A stretch of DNA of 57,434 bases, taken from the NCBI GenBank assembly GCA_964631745.1, contig CAZVWV010000003.1, positions 1 to 57,434 on the forward strand. The letters are read 5' to 3'. This DNA is from an uncultured Bdellovibrionales bacterium. Its GTDB lineage: Bacteria; Bdellovibrionota_C; UBA2361; JBGSMV01. Under the pieces are notes generated by a model. That model had not been told where the DNA came from and ran no database searches. It saw only the letters and a program-made list of their open reading frames with translations. The translations under genes were made by a program, and so were the position numbers. Numbering within the stretch: position 1 is the stretch's first letter; every line of letters begins with the position of its first letter. Of this stretch, positions 8,338 to 18,125 are shown in pieces.

Positions 8338-10329
8338 TTACGACCTTTCTTGAATCGCTGCGGCTATTCCCGCTGGGCTTAGCTCTTTGGCGCGCTCGGG
8401 AAGAATGGCGATCACTGTCCCGATCACCATAATAACTGTGCCCAACCAAAGCCACATCTGAAGTGGATTGATAAATACTTTCAGCGCCGCTCTGGTGCCT
8501 GAGTCATCTAACCCAATCATTACAATATAGACATCTTCTAAGAAGGTTTGTCGCAGGGCCACCTCCGTGGTGTTCTCCTGGTTGCGGACATAGCTCCTAA
8601 GCTCAGGTTTCATGGTACGTAGGAGTTTCCCATCTTTTACGGAGAGAAGGTCCAGTTTGGCTGTTAAGCTTGAATAGTTTGATTGCTGAGCTTCATCGAT
8701 TGATACAAGCTTTAATCTGAACTTTCCAAGGTCATACGATTCGCCGGGCTTTAAACTAAATTCCCGCTCGACTTTATGGGCCATGGAGGCTGTGATACCA
8801 ATGGCGGCAACAGTCACTCCCAGATGAATTAAGTAACCGGCGTATCTCACCCGGTGTCTTTTTAAGAGGCGTGGCAAATTATTTAATTTGTTAGAACCGG
8901 CCTGCTGCGCGCGTAAGCCGCGATGGATCTCTCCTAAAATTGTGAGCAGCACAAAAAAGCATAGCGAGTACGATAAGATCGGATAGAAACTTTGTATCCC
9001 CACAAACGTTAGCAGCACAGCTATCGCAAGAGAGAAAACGAAAGGCACAAGAAATGTTTTTCGCAAACTCTCAATCGAGGCTTGTCGCCACGCAATCAGT
9101 GGGCCGACCCCCATCAGAAAAATCAATAAAAGGAAGAGCGGAACGTTAACCGCATCAAAAAAGGGAATACTTACAGTCTGCTTGACGCCCGTCAGAGCCT
9201 CTGAGAGCACCGGGAACATTACTCCCCATAAGGTCGCAAACAGGACCGATAAAAAAACCAAGTTGTTTACTAAGAATGCCGCCTCGCGTGAGAAGAAGTG
9301 CTCAATCTTTTTGTCGGATCTAAGCGCCTGGCGGCGCACAAAGCACAGCGCGCATGTGGCCGTAGCCAATAGGCCCAGATAGACCAAAAACACCCAACCA
9401 ACATCAGTGTCTGCAAAAGAATGCACGCTTTGCACTACCCCACTGCGAGTTAGAAATGTTCCAAAAACCGTTAAGCCGTAAGTTAGCACTATCAGACCGA
9501 CATTCCAGGTCTTAAGCATGCCTTTGCGCTCTTGCACCATGACTGAATGCACAAACGCCGTGCCTGATAACCACGGTAAAAATGAAGCGTTCTCAACCGG
9601 ATCCCAGGCCCAAAATCCGCCCCAGCCTAACTCCACGTATGCCCAATGCCCGCCCATTACAATTCCGGCCGTCAAGAACGCCCAAGCGATCAGGGTCCAA
9701 CGACGCGTTATGCGAATCCAGTCGTTGTTAATATTTCCGGCCAACAACCAACCTAGGCAGAAAGCGTAAGGGATCGCAAAAGTTGTAAACCCAAGATAAA
9801 GTGTAGGGGGATGAATCACCATTAACGGGTTTTGCAATAATGGGTTTAGGCCGTTTCCGTCAGCGGGGATAAAGTCAGCTTTGATATATCGAAATGGGTT
9901 GGTCAGAAATAACACCACTGTTAAGAAAAACAGGAGCGATGTGTTTAAAACCGAAATGACATACGACATGGTTTGCCATGGATGCTCCTTGCTTCGATAA
10001 GCCACGATCGCAGATCCCACACTTAACATAGCGCACCACAGCAGCATGGAACCGTCCATGCCGCCCCAGATGGCAGAGATCTTGTATATGGGTTGCATCT
10101 CGCGGTTAGAGAACTGCCAGACATATTGCAGGGTGTAGTCATCGTGTAAGAATGAATATCCCAGTGCAAAGATAGCTAGAAAGGAAGTCAGGCAAACGAG
10201 AACTGTCGAAATTCTTGAGGAAAGAAAGAGATCGTATCGTTTCTTACTTCCGCCAAAATATCCGATGACCACTCCATACAGCGCAAGCAACCATGCAAGA
10301 GAGAGACAATAGCTTCCAAATTGTGGCAT
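8338..10329 (-). CDS. ccmF: Cytochrome c heme lyase CcmF
   Basis: WGGMDGS, GLNPLLQNP, HPPTLYLG, WGGFWAWDPVEN, SVHSF. Confidence 0.96.
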   Translation of the reverse strand: MPQFGSYCLSLAWLLALYGVVIGYFGGSKKRYDLFLSSRISTVLVCLTSFLAIFALGYSFLHDDYTLQYVWQFSNREMQPIYKISAIWGGMDGSMLLWCAMLSVGSAIVAYRSKEHPWQTMSYVISVLNTSLLFFLTVVLFLTNPFRYIKADFIPADGNGLNPLLQNPLMVIHPPTLYLGFTTFAIPYAFCLGWLLAGNINNDWIRITRRWTLIAWAFLTAGIVMGGHWAYVELGWGGFWAWDPVENASFLPWLSGTAFVHSVMVQERKGMLKTWNVGLIVLTYGLTVFGTFLTRSGVVQSVHSFADTDVGWVFLVYLGLLATATCALCFVRRQALRSDKKIEHFFSREAAFLVNNLVFLSVLFATLWGVMFPVLSEALTGVKQTVSIPFFDAVNVPLFLLLIFLMGVGPLIAWRQASIESLRKTFLVPFVFSLAIAVLLTFVGIQSFYPILSYSLCFFVLLTILGEIHRGLRAQQAGSNKLNNLPRLLKRHRVRYAGYLIHLGVTVAAIGITASMAHKVEREFSLKPGESYDLGKFRLKLVSIDEAQQSNYSSLTAKLDLLSVKDGKLLRTMKPELRSYVRNQENTTEVALRQTFLEDVYIVMIGLDDSGTRAALKVFINPLQMWLWLGTVIMVIGTVIAILPERAKELSPAGIAAAIQERS

Positions 10330-10376
10330 TTTGAGAAATTAACGCACCTAAGCTGTTTTAGCAACTGAGCGCGGGC

Positions 10377-12656
10377 TCACCAAACCTGATAGCTCTTTGA
10401 AAATAGCTTATGGGCCCGATCAAATAAGAACTGGCGTTGCGCCAGGTAGAGCTGGTTGGAAACCGGCGTGTCCTTTAATCGAAGCAGAAATAAAGAGGGG
10501 TTATGGAATCCGTACGCTCCGGGGCGATTCTCAATCCAGTCCACGATCTCGAAGTCTTTGGCCAAACGTTCAACGCTGCGCGTTGCAGCCAGAGGAGCGC
10601 CTGGGCAAAACCGTAGGCATGCAAAGCTCATGTCGGATACGAGAAGATATTGAATCTGACGTTTACGGAGATTCTCAGGGGTGAGCTCCTTGATGTAGGC
10701 GTTGATGAGCGGCCTTGTGTTAGGATAGCTGACTTGCAGGGTATTGGGCGGAAATAGCGGGGTGTTGAAGGGGTGATCGGCCATGATAGGCGTGTTGGCA
10801 GGGAGCTCCCGCAACACTGTCCCAGCCAACAAAGTTCTGGTGTCTGGCTCAATATTCTGTAAGAGCAGGATAGTTCTTAGCGCCACTATGCACATCACCA
10901 GCAGGGCGCTAATTTTGCCGAACCAACCTGACCGTAAAAGTTCCATCAAAAAGATAGCGGCGCTCATCAGTAAGAACGGGATGCAGGGCAAGATGTAGCG
11001 TTCCACCTGTGGCTCTACCTTTGCTGATACAGCTTCGGCAGCTAGGTAAAAAATAAGCGTAGTTACTGCCATCCAGCGCATCTGGTGGGCCTGTTTCAAA
11101 ATCACCCCAATTCCTGCAAGGCCACACCAAAGCAGTGGCTGGGTGAGGGCAGGGATTAGGCTGCGTGTGAAGTGGTACATCCACCATGTTTGCCAAGGAC
11201 TGATGGCGATGGAGTCGCCGATTAGCATGTGCTTGCTTTCGTAGGTGATACCTTTCAGGAAGTTTGAAAAATCGAGCAGGGCATAGGGAGTCGTAATTAG
11301 AAATCCGGTAAGAGTCAGCGAGGTTACAGTCAGGATATTCTTGAGGGACCCTCTCGGGTTGGATAGCGCCTGCCCTAACAATACCAATGTAGTAGGAAGT
11401 AACATAATTATTGCGGTGTATTTGCTTCCAAACGCAAACCCCACAAAGAGAGCGTGTACCACCAGATCGCGAGTCGTATTGCGGCGTATGAATCTGGACA
11501 GGAAGTAAGCGCTCGCCAGCAACATAAACACTAGCAGCACATCCTCCTTAAGGTACCGGCTGCAAGTTAGGTGTAGCGGGTTTATGCAAAGCAAAAACGC
11601 CGCCGCGATACCGGCGCTAGCTTTCCCGAATTCCCGAAGTGTGAAAAATACAAATGGGACGCTAAGTGTGCCAAAGACAGCGCTCACAACTCGGCCAGCT
11701 AGCCGCACATGCATATCGTCCAAGGGCCAAGCCAAGAGATGGTGTGCTAGCCAGGCTGTTCCAGAGGAGAGATAAAGTAGTAAAGAAGGATGCAGGAAGT
11801 ATTCCGGATTTAGCGAAGCTCGCTGAAACATGCCAAGCACGGCCAGCACTTTCCAACGCTCATCATGATGGTAGGTGGCAGGAGTATCAAAATCGATCCC
11901 CCACAGTCGAAGCGCCAGTGCTAAGGCCGTTATAAAGAAAAGGGATGGGAGTTGCCAATTTCTAAGGTGGGCATTGTCCGGAACATGGTCCGGAAAGACT
12001 TCTTCGCCACGAGGGCAGAGGCGCAACCCGAAAGAGAAAAAAGTTATTATGAGCGCCCAAGCCGTAAAGTAAGTCAGCGTTTCCCAGGTAAGGCTCTGAT
12101 ACGATACGAGGGCGGCTATACATGTGAAAGAGGTGAGAGCGCCAAAAGTTAGTATTCTTCCCAAGCTGATAATAGTTATCAGAGATATCAGCCAGATTCC
12201 GAAGGCTAGCTGAAATTCAGGAAGCGCAAAACCGAATCGCGAAGTGACTTCGCCGGAAACTAACTTAACACCTAGCTCTCGATCTCCCGATGAGATGGGG
12301 TTCTCGATCAGAAATGTAATCTGCGCTTGGCCGCAGCTTTGATCTATAGGAATGGTAATGGCTTTTGTATTCGATACGACAAATCGACCGACTTCGTGAT
12401 TGCAGGAGCTGACTCTGACCAGGGCATTTCCGGCCCCCTCGGGTCGCCAGCTGTCAAAGCTGATTTTGGCTTGGCTTCTTGCGCCTATGCCGCGAAAGTT
12501 CAGAGCGTCGCCGCTCTTAAGCCAACCATCGGCGGAGATCGATAGCGCTAAGTTGCTGCGAGGAGTAACGGCAAAAGGCTGCTTTGCAACCTGAATAGAA
12601 AAAATCGCGCTAACTAAGAACGAAAGAAAAAGCAGGTAATATATGTTTGTTTTCAC
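10377..12656 (-). CDS. GT-C fold glycosyltransferase (PMT_2/GT39-like) with N-terminal extracytoplasmic domain
   Basis: LRLWGIDF...YHHDE, NPEYFLHPSL, GSKY, ERYILP; many TM segments. Confidence 0.8.
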   Translation of the reverse strand: MKTNIYYLLFLSFLVSAIFSIQVAKQPFAVTPRSNLALSISADGWLKSGDALNFRGIGARSQAKISFDSWRPEGAGNALVRVSSCNHEVGRFVVSNTKAITIPIDQSCGQAQITFLIENPISSGDRELGVKLVSGEVTSRFGFALPEFQLAFGIWLISLITIISLGRILTFGALTSFTCIAALVSYQSLTWETLTYFTAWALIITFFSFGLRLCPRGEEVFPDHVPDNAHLRNWQLPSLFFITALALALRLWGIDFDTPATYHHDERWKVLAVLGMFQRASLNPEYFLHPSLLLYLSSGTAWLAHHLLAWPLDDMHVRLAGRVVSAVFGTLSVPFVFFTLREFGKASAGIAAAFLLCINPLHLTCSRYLKEDVLLVFMLLASAYFLSRFIRRNTTRDLVVHALFVGFAFGSKYTAIIMLLPTTLVLLGQALSNPRGSLKNILTVTSLTLTGFLITTPYALLDFSNFLKGITYESKHMLIGDSIAISPWQTWWMYHFTRSLIPALTQPLLWCGLAGIGVILKQAHQMRWMAVTTLIFYLAAEAVSAKVEPQVERYILPCIPFLLMSAAIFLMELLRSGWFGKISALLVMCIVALRTILLLQNIEPDTRTLLAGTVLRELPANTPIMADHPFNTPLFPPNTLQVSYPNTRPLINAYIKELTPENLRKRQIQYLLVSDMSFACLRFCPGAPLAATRSVERLAKDFEIVDWIENRPGAYGFHNPSLFLLRLKDTPVSNQLYLAQRQFLFDRAHKLFSKSYQVW

Positions 12657-13882
12657 GACTTAGTTCCAGTCTGAAATTTTGCAACGGCTGCATAAGCGTT
12701 ACAAAGTAACCAGGCGCAAGAGATACAAAGTATAGGATAGACCGGAGCCATGAATCTAATATTGCCATTTGAGACTAGACAATGCAGCAGTATGAAACTT
12801 AAAAACAGTACGGGAAAGATACGAGTCTGGCCGCCCATGATAAGCATGCAAACCAGACCGAGGCCGCCTAATATATAAACGATTGCATACTGAGAGAGCG
12901 CGCGCCGATAAAGCGCCGCGGCCCAGGGCGCCTTAGCGTAAAGTTTTGGTAAGATAATGTTCGTAATTTCAGAAACCGGGTCCGTCGAAAATATATTTCT
13001 AATGCGCGCTAAATAAATTTTGAGCGCTGCGGCGGGGTCGGACCTTACCTGGGCTATGATTTTCTCCGTAATATTACGGTTAATGGCGAATTCGTCTTGT
13101 TTTTGAGCGCGCAAGTCGGATACGAGGTCAGGTTTGTTGATGCCAAAGTCGGGGGCGTTGTGAGGACCAAAATTGGTTGAAAATAGTATGGGCGCGTGGA
13201 AGATCTTATAGTTTCGAATTCCCCAGAGCGATAAAGCCAGCAAGGGCAGTATCAGGACTAGAAATATCTTATTGTGCCGGTGCCGACCTGCCGAAAATAG
13301 GTATTGCCAAACAAAGAAGGCAGCAAAGACTACCGCAACCGGCTTGGTCATGATTGCAGTGGCTAACAGGGTAGCGCTAATGAATGCCAGGGGGAGGGAC
13401 CTGGCCCAGATCTTTAGGGCCAATATCGCTGTCAGTCCGGTGAGGCAAAAAGTAACCAAGCTCTCGCTCATCAAGAGCGGGAGCCATAAAATATGAAGAG
13501 CGAATATAAGGGCGGATAAGTTAGCGCGCAGGCGTCCCATCAGCGGAGCAAGGCAGAAAATAGTTGTGAGCGTGAGTAGATCAAAAATTAAATTGAGATA
13601 TAGCCCAAGCTTTGGTTGATATCCCAGCACTTTAAAAAATCCCGCTAAAACAAGCGCATACCCCGGCATGCGGTAAGCCCGAAAGGTCATGCCCTGATAC
13701 TCTGGGCTTTCGCCCTGATAAATCTGGATGTAGCCCTCACCGTCAATCAGATTTTTAGCAAGGGTTTGGTAGTCACGGCTATCTGAGAGCGCTTGCCATT
13801 CGACCTGGCTGACGAAAAACAGCCGTATCGCCAGCGCGAATATAAGAATAGCAATCTCTGGAAGAAATTTGTAAGTCTTCAC
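12653..13882 (-). CDS. GT-C fold glycosyltransferase (ArnT/PMT_2-like)
   Basis: LSDSRDY, RMPGY, LMSESL, RFMAP; multi-TM; 4-bp overlap with the next gene. Confidence 0.78.
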   Translation of the reverse strand: MKTYKFLPEIAILIFALAIRLFFVSQVEWQALSDSRDYQTLAKNLIDGEGYIQIYQGESPEYQGMTFRAYRMPGYALVLAGFFKVLGYQPKLGLYLNLIFDLLTLTTIFCLAPLMGRLRANLSALIFALHILWLPLLMSESLVTFCLTGLTAILALKIWARSLPLAFISATLLATAIMTKPVAVVFAAFFVWQYLFSAGRHRHNKIFLVLILPLLALSLWGIRNYKIFHAPILFSTNFGPHNAPDFGINKPDLVSDLRAQKQDEFAINRNITEKIIAQVRSDPAAALKIYLARIRNIFSTDPVSEITNIILPKLYAKAPWAAALYRRALSQYAIVYILGGLGLVCMLIMGGQTRIFPVLFLSFILLHCLVSNGNIRFMAPVYPILCISCAWLLCNAYAAVAKFQTGTKS

Positions 13883-13933
13883 CGTAGGTTAGGGCGCAGT
13901 ATATTTCTAATGCGGTGAATAGTAAATCGGCGC

Positions 13934-15394
13934 TTATTCTTGGCCGACTCTGTCAGCCGTGATACTGCTGCTTTCGTGTAGCAATCCCATGACCTCGCTC
14001 TTTATCTCAGGAAAGCTTCGCATGCGGATGGTTGTGGTGTTCACAGCCGCCGAAAACTGATCGAGTTCTTTGCGGGCGTTTACGACCTGCAGCAAAAGTT
14101 CATCAAAGATGGTTACAAAAGCCTGTGCTTTATTGACGCGTGCCGCCTCAACCTTGCCGGTGACGTGCACTAGTTCAAGGGTGCGCAGTCCACTGCCTAA
14201 AAGGTCTAGCTTAGTGAGCATCTTGTTTAAACCCTCGTACACATGTGTCAAGGCTTCAAAGACGCTGCGTGAGCTGTGAGAGACGCAGGCTAAAAGCGTT
14301 TGCACGTTGAAGCTATCGGCGGGGTCTTCCTTGATCCCGTCTTTGTTGTTTTTTGACATTTCGCGGATGAAATCCAAAGCGCTCTCGGTCTGAATGTTTG
14401 AGGTAGATAGTTGGAACGCTATCCCGCGTAAGTGCGGAGCCAGAGTATCGATATCCTTTTTTAATTCAGCGATAATGTGGGTGCAGCCATTTGAGTCATG
14501 ACTCATTAGATCGGCGACTGTGCCCAGTCCGCGTCCTTCGTCCAGCAGTTTCTCGGCAGCGATAATTGCATTGAGGCTTAAGAGGCGGATGTTTTGCGCC
14601 AATTTAAGTAAGAAGTCCGATTTCTTCCGCACAGCCGTGTTGAGTTCTAAGAAGGTATCTACATCGGAGAAGATAGTCAGGAGTTGCTCCCTAATGCCGC
14701 TACAGCAATTGTTGAGAGAACCGAGATATTGCGAGATTTTATCGACACCCGTTGCTTGGCCTACTTTTGCCACACTTGGCGTTGTGACAGAATTTGCATT
14801 CGATGATAAACCCGATGATAAACCCGATGATAAACCCTGCATGGTCTGATGGCGGCTGCGGATCTCTTCAAGCAATAAATATTGCATGAAATCGTCGTAA
14901 CCCGCAAAACCCTTGGAGGCCAAAATCTCAAGCAGCCGGTTGGTACTTTTCACCATGGCGCTCTTGCGGGTCTCGCCGGCATCTTCGGCCTTCTGTTCGA
15001 TTGCGCGTAGATCCGCATAGACCGTCGGGATTAGCGCAAACAAGGCCGACGACGGTTTGAGCCGAACTGATAGATAGCCGTTTTCAATCGGGCAAGCGGT
15101 AGCAACTACCCAATAAAATTCCCCGGTCTTGGCCATGTTCTTTACATAGGCGGCGATAGGTTTACCGGCTTCGAGGTAGTCCCAAAGCAATTTAAACACG
15201 CAGGCAGGCATATCGGGATGCCTAATCATATTGTGCGGCTTGCCGATCATGTCGGCCGAATCGTAACCGCTAATTCTCGTAAATACGGAATTCCCTGACT
15301 TTATAATGCCTTTGTTGTCGGTACAGGAGAAAAACAACTCTTCGATCCCGAATTCGCGCTCTTTATTAACTGGTATAATTTTGGGACGTGCCAT
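13934..15394 (-). CDS. Soluble Aer-type PAS protein with degenerate MCP-like signalling helices
   Basis: FFSCTDNKGII..GKPHNMIRHPDMP..VKN..YWV PAS_3; LSLNAIIAAEKLLDEGRGLGTVA resembles an MCP tip; no TM. Confidence 0.8.
   Translation of the reverse strand: MARPKIIPVNKEREFGIEELFFSCTDNKGIIKSGNSVFTRISGYDSADMIGKPHNMIRHPDMPACVFKLLWDYLEAGKPIAAYVKNMAKTGEFYWVVATACPIENGYLSVRLKPSSALFALIPTVYADLRAIEQKAEDAGETRKSAMVKSTNRLLEILASKGFAGYDDFMQYLLLEEIRSRHQTMQGLSSGLSSGLSSNANSVTTPSVAKVGQATGVDKISQYLGSLNNCCSGIREQLLTIFSDVDTFLELNTAVRKKSDFLLKLAQNIRLLSLNAIIAAEKLLDEGRGLGTVADLMSHDSNGCTHIIAELKKDIDTLAPHLRGIAFQLSTSNIQTESALDFIREMSKNNKDGIKEDPADSFNVQTLLACVSHSSRSVFEALTHVYEGLNKMLTKLDLLGSGLRTLELVHVTGKVEAARVNKAQAFVTIFDELLLQVVNARKELDQFSAAVNTTTIRMRSFPEIKSEVMGLLHESSSITADRVGQE
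14801..14837. repeat. 12-bp tandem repeat x3, in frame (GLSS)n
   Basis: CGATGATAAACC x3. Confidence 0.85.
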
Positions 15395-15615
15395 TCTTTA
15401 ATCCTTAGCTCAAAAAATAATGTTAGAAACTATGAGCCTAAGTAAACATCGTACGCGTGTAGAAATAGCTTGAGGGGTATCGCGGAGGCTCCTTGGACCC
15501 ATTGAATCTGGCGCTTTTTTGGGGGTAGGGAGGTTTGGCGAGTCTCCCTTTTCTGAAACTATCTCTGAATCCACTGAGGAATCCCCGAAACTCTGCTTGA
15601 GGTAGCATCCTTCCC

Positions 15616-17172
15616 ATGGAAAGGGCCAAAAAATTATTAATCGTGGGCGGCGGAGCGGCGAGTGTTTCTATTGTAAGAAGTTTGGTGATGGATATATTGC
15701 CGCAGCAACCGATGAAGCTCCCCCTAGAAATTGAAATTGTTGAACCCAGATCTGAGATAGGACCGGGGGTGGCTTTTAGTTCTACTTTAGAAAGTTCCCG
15801 GCTGAACATGCCCGTTCGGACAATGAGCATAACCCCTAAGGACTCTTTGCACTTCGCCGATTGGCTAAATTCAAAGTTCCCGCACCGCAATACAAACGAT
15901 CGATATTTGCCCAGAGCCTTCTTTGGACGTTATCTATCTGAGGACTTCAAATCCTCGATAACTTTGGCGGCACGGTTAGGAGTATCTATTACAACTTTCA
16001 AATCGGAATGTTTAGAGCTGAAACGAAAAGGATCGAGATGGCACGCCCTGCTTAGAAATGGAGAGCGACTAGGCGGAGACTATCTTATACTGGCCATTGG
16101 TAACCAACTACCGGCGGCTTATCCCGAACTCGTTCACACTTATCCCGAAATATATATGAATGACCCATGGTCCGACGGAAAAATCCTAGCGCAGGTTTCC
16201 CGCAACGATAGTATTCTAATCTTAGGAACAGGTCTAACCGGGATTGATGTGGCACTCACCCTTCTTGAACATGGGCATAAGGGAAAGGTGGTGTTGGTAT
16301 CTCGGTCGGGACGCCTTCCGCGCGTGAGGCCCCGTAGTTATGAGCAGCAAAGCAAGGTATTTTACAGCTTAAGCAATCTGCGCGAACTATTGCGAAAAGG
16401 GAGAGTAGGGGTGGTAAGTGTCGAGGACATCTTTGAAGCGATAAAAAGGGATACCGCGGGCGCCGGGCTTGACGATAACTCCCTCTTTGCCGAGCAAGAT
16501 TCCTTACCAGTATTACCTCAATTGATGCAGGATATTGACTTCGCGGATCGGCCGGATCATTGGCATGCAGTTATTAATCAAAGTGATCGACTCCTTTGCG
16601 CCTTATGGCCAGGCATTAGTTGCAAGGAGAGAGTTAGATTTCTGCACTCGCTTTATGGACTATGGGCTATTTGCAGACACCCAATGCCGCTTATAAATGC
16701 AAACCGTCTAACGAAACATCTTACCAGCGGAGCGCTTGAGGTTAAGGCGCTTCCCCCAAACTCTGCACCTGTAGTTGTCAACAAGAAGATCTTAATTGAT
16801 ATTGATGGAAGCAAGTGTTCCCCGCCCAGCGAGTTCGATAAGCTCATCGACGCTACAGGACCGAACATGATGATTGGGCCGCATTCTAGCAGCTTACTTC
16901 GCAATCTAGCGCGGGACGGTCTCGTCAAGCCCGACCCCTGCGCAGGCCTATCGGTTGATTTTGATAGCAGCAAGGTAATCTCAAATTCTGGCGCTATCGA
17001 TAATTCATTTTATGCCGTTGGGCAGATTACCCGTGGCACACATTTTTATACCAACTCGATGGAATCGATAGTTCACAAAGCTCATCAGATCGCAAAACAA
17101 ATCGCTTCTAAAATTGGCGTAAGCAGTGCTGAATGCACATATAGGGCAAAAGCCAATGAAATCGTCACTTGA
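15616..17172 (+). CDS. FAD/NAD(P)-binding flavoenzyme (NAD_binding_9/YdhS-like)
   Basis: IVGGGAAS, GPGVAF, RLNMP..MS, F..WL, YLPRAFFGRYL, second Rossmann GTGLTGID, DATGP, AVGQITRG. Confidence 0.85.
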   Translation: MERAKKLLIVGGGAASVSIVRSLVMDILPQQPMKLPLEIEIVEPRSEIGPGVAFSSTLESSRLNMPVRTMSITPKDSLHFADWLNSKFPHRNTNDRYLPRAFFGRYLSEDFKSSITLAARLGVSITTFKSECLELKRKGSRWHALLRNGERLGGDYLILAIGNQLPAAYPELVHTYPEIYMNDPWSDGKILAQVSRNDSILILGTGLTGIDVALTLLEHGHKGKVVLVSRSGRLPRVRPRSYEQQSKVFYSLSNLRELLRKGRVGVVSVEDIFEAIKRDTAGAGLDDNSLFAEQDSLPVLPQLMQDIDFADRPDHWHAVINQSDRLLCALWPGISCKERVRFLHSLYGLWAICRHPMPLINANRLTKHLTSGALEVKALPPNSAPVVVNKKILIDIDGSKCSPPSEFDKLIDATGPNMMIGPHSSSLLRNLARDGLVKPDPCAGLSVDFDSSKVISNSGAIDNSFYAVGQITRGTHFYTNSMESIVHKAHQIAKQIASKIGVSSAECTYRAKANEIVT

Positions 17173-18125
17173 GGAGAATGGGTTGTATGAAGGCAGATAA
17201 CAAAGACATGGGAGTGGCGTTTTTTATCGGAAATGATCTTACCTCATATATTCTCGCCTACAGAACAGCCGAAGATCTGATAAAGCTAGGGATTCGTGTA
17301 TTGGTAATATCGGTTGAGTCCGTCAACAAGAAGTCAGCAAAGCCTCCGTTGATATTAAGTGAGTTTCTTTTTTTCGAGAGATCGTTACTCAATCAGCACG
17401 TAATTCCACTATTAGATAGCTTAGCTCCTTCGGAGAAGCGCCCCATTAAAAGCCTGGGAGTGCTAAGCCACCGATCTGGTGGTCGGTTGTCTCACATCCG
17501 GGTTAGCAAGGTAAATTCCTCGGAAACAGTGGATGCGCTTCGTTTTCACCGAATTGGTGTTGGTCTATCAATTAGGTGTTATCAAAAATTTGGAGCATCT
17601 ATAATTAGCTATTTTACTGAGATAGCCAAAGGTGAACCTGCTGCCCTTATGAATTTGCATCCTGGACTATTGCCGAACTATAGAGGAGTGATAACTTTCT
17701 TTAGGGCCATGCAAAATCGAGAGACACAGGCGGGGTTTACCCTACATTATATTGACCTGGATTGGGATGCGGGGCCAATAATTCAGAGCTGGCCCATTCC
17801 GTTGGATTACAAGAAGTCGGTTTTAGCTAATATGATCGCTGCCGGACAAGAGATTTGCTCCAGCACTGCCTCTTGCTTGGTAGAATGTTTGGAAGGGAAT
17901 CACCCAAAATGCTTCAAACAGGAGAAGGACCTGGCGCATTACTACACATTTCCCTCTGAAGAGGAACTGTATGCTGCGAAGCTAGCAGATATAAATCTTT
18001 TTAAACCTGAAGATTTTACCAATCTTTACTGCCAGTGGTTTGCGCAAGACCAAGACATCCTTTGCAATAATCTAATCTCAACTTTAAAGGAACTACCATG
18101 GCAAATGGATTTTATGATGTCGTAG
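17169..18125 (+). CDS. N10-formyl-THF-dependent formyltransferase family protein
   Basis: Catalytic NLHPGLLPNYRG and TLHYIDLDWDAGPII motifs; overlaps both neighbours. Confidence 0.85.
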   Translation: MRRMGCMKADNKDMGVAFFIGNDLTSYILAYRTAEDLIKLGIRVLVISVESVNKKSAKPPLILSEFLFFERSLLNQHVIPLLDSLAPSEKRPIKSLGVLSHRSGGRLSHIRVSKVNSSETVDALRFHRIGVGLSIRCYQKFGASIISYFTEIAKGEPAALMNLHPGLLPNYRGVITFFRAMQNRETQAGFTLHYIDLDWDAGPIIQSWPIPLDYKKSVLANMIAAGQEICSSTASCLVECLEGNHPKCFKQEKDLAHYYTFPSEEELYAAKLADINLFKPEDFTNLYCQWFAQDQDILCNNLISTLKELPWQMDFMMS

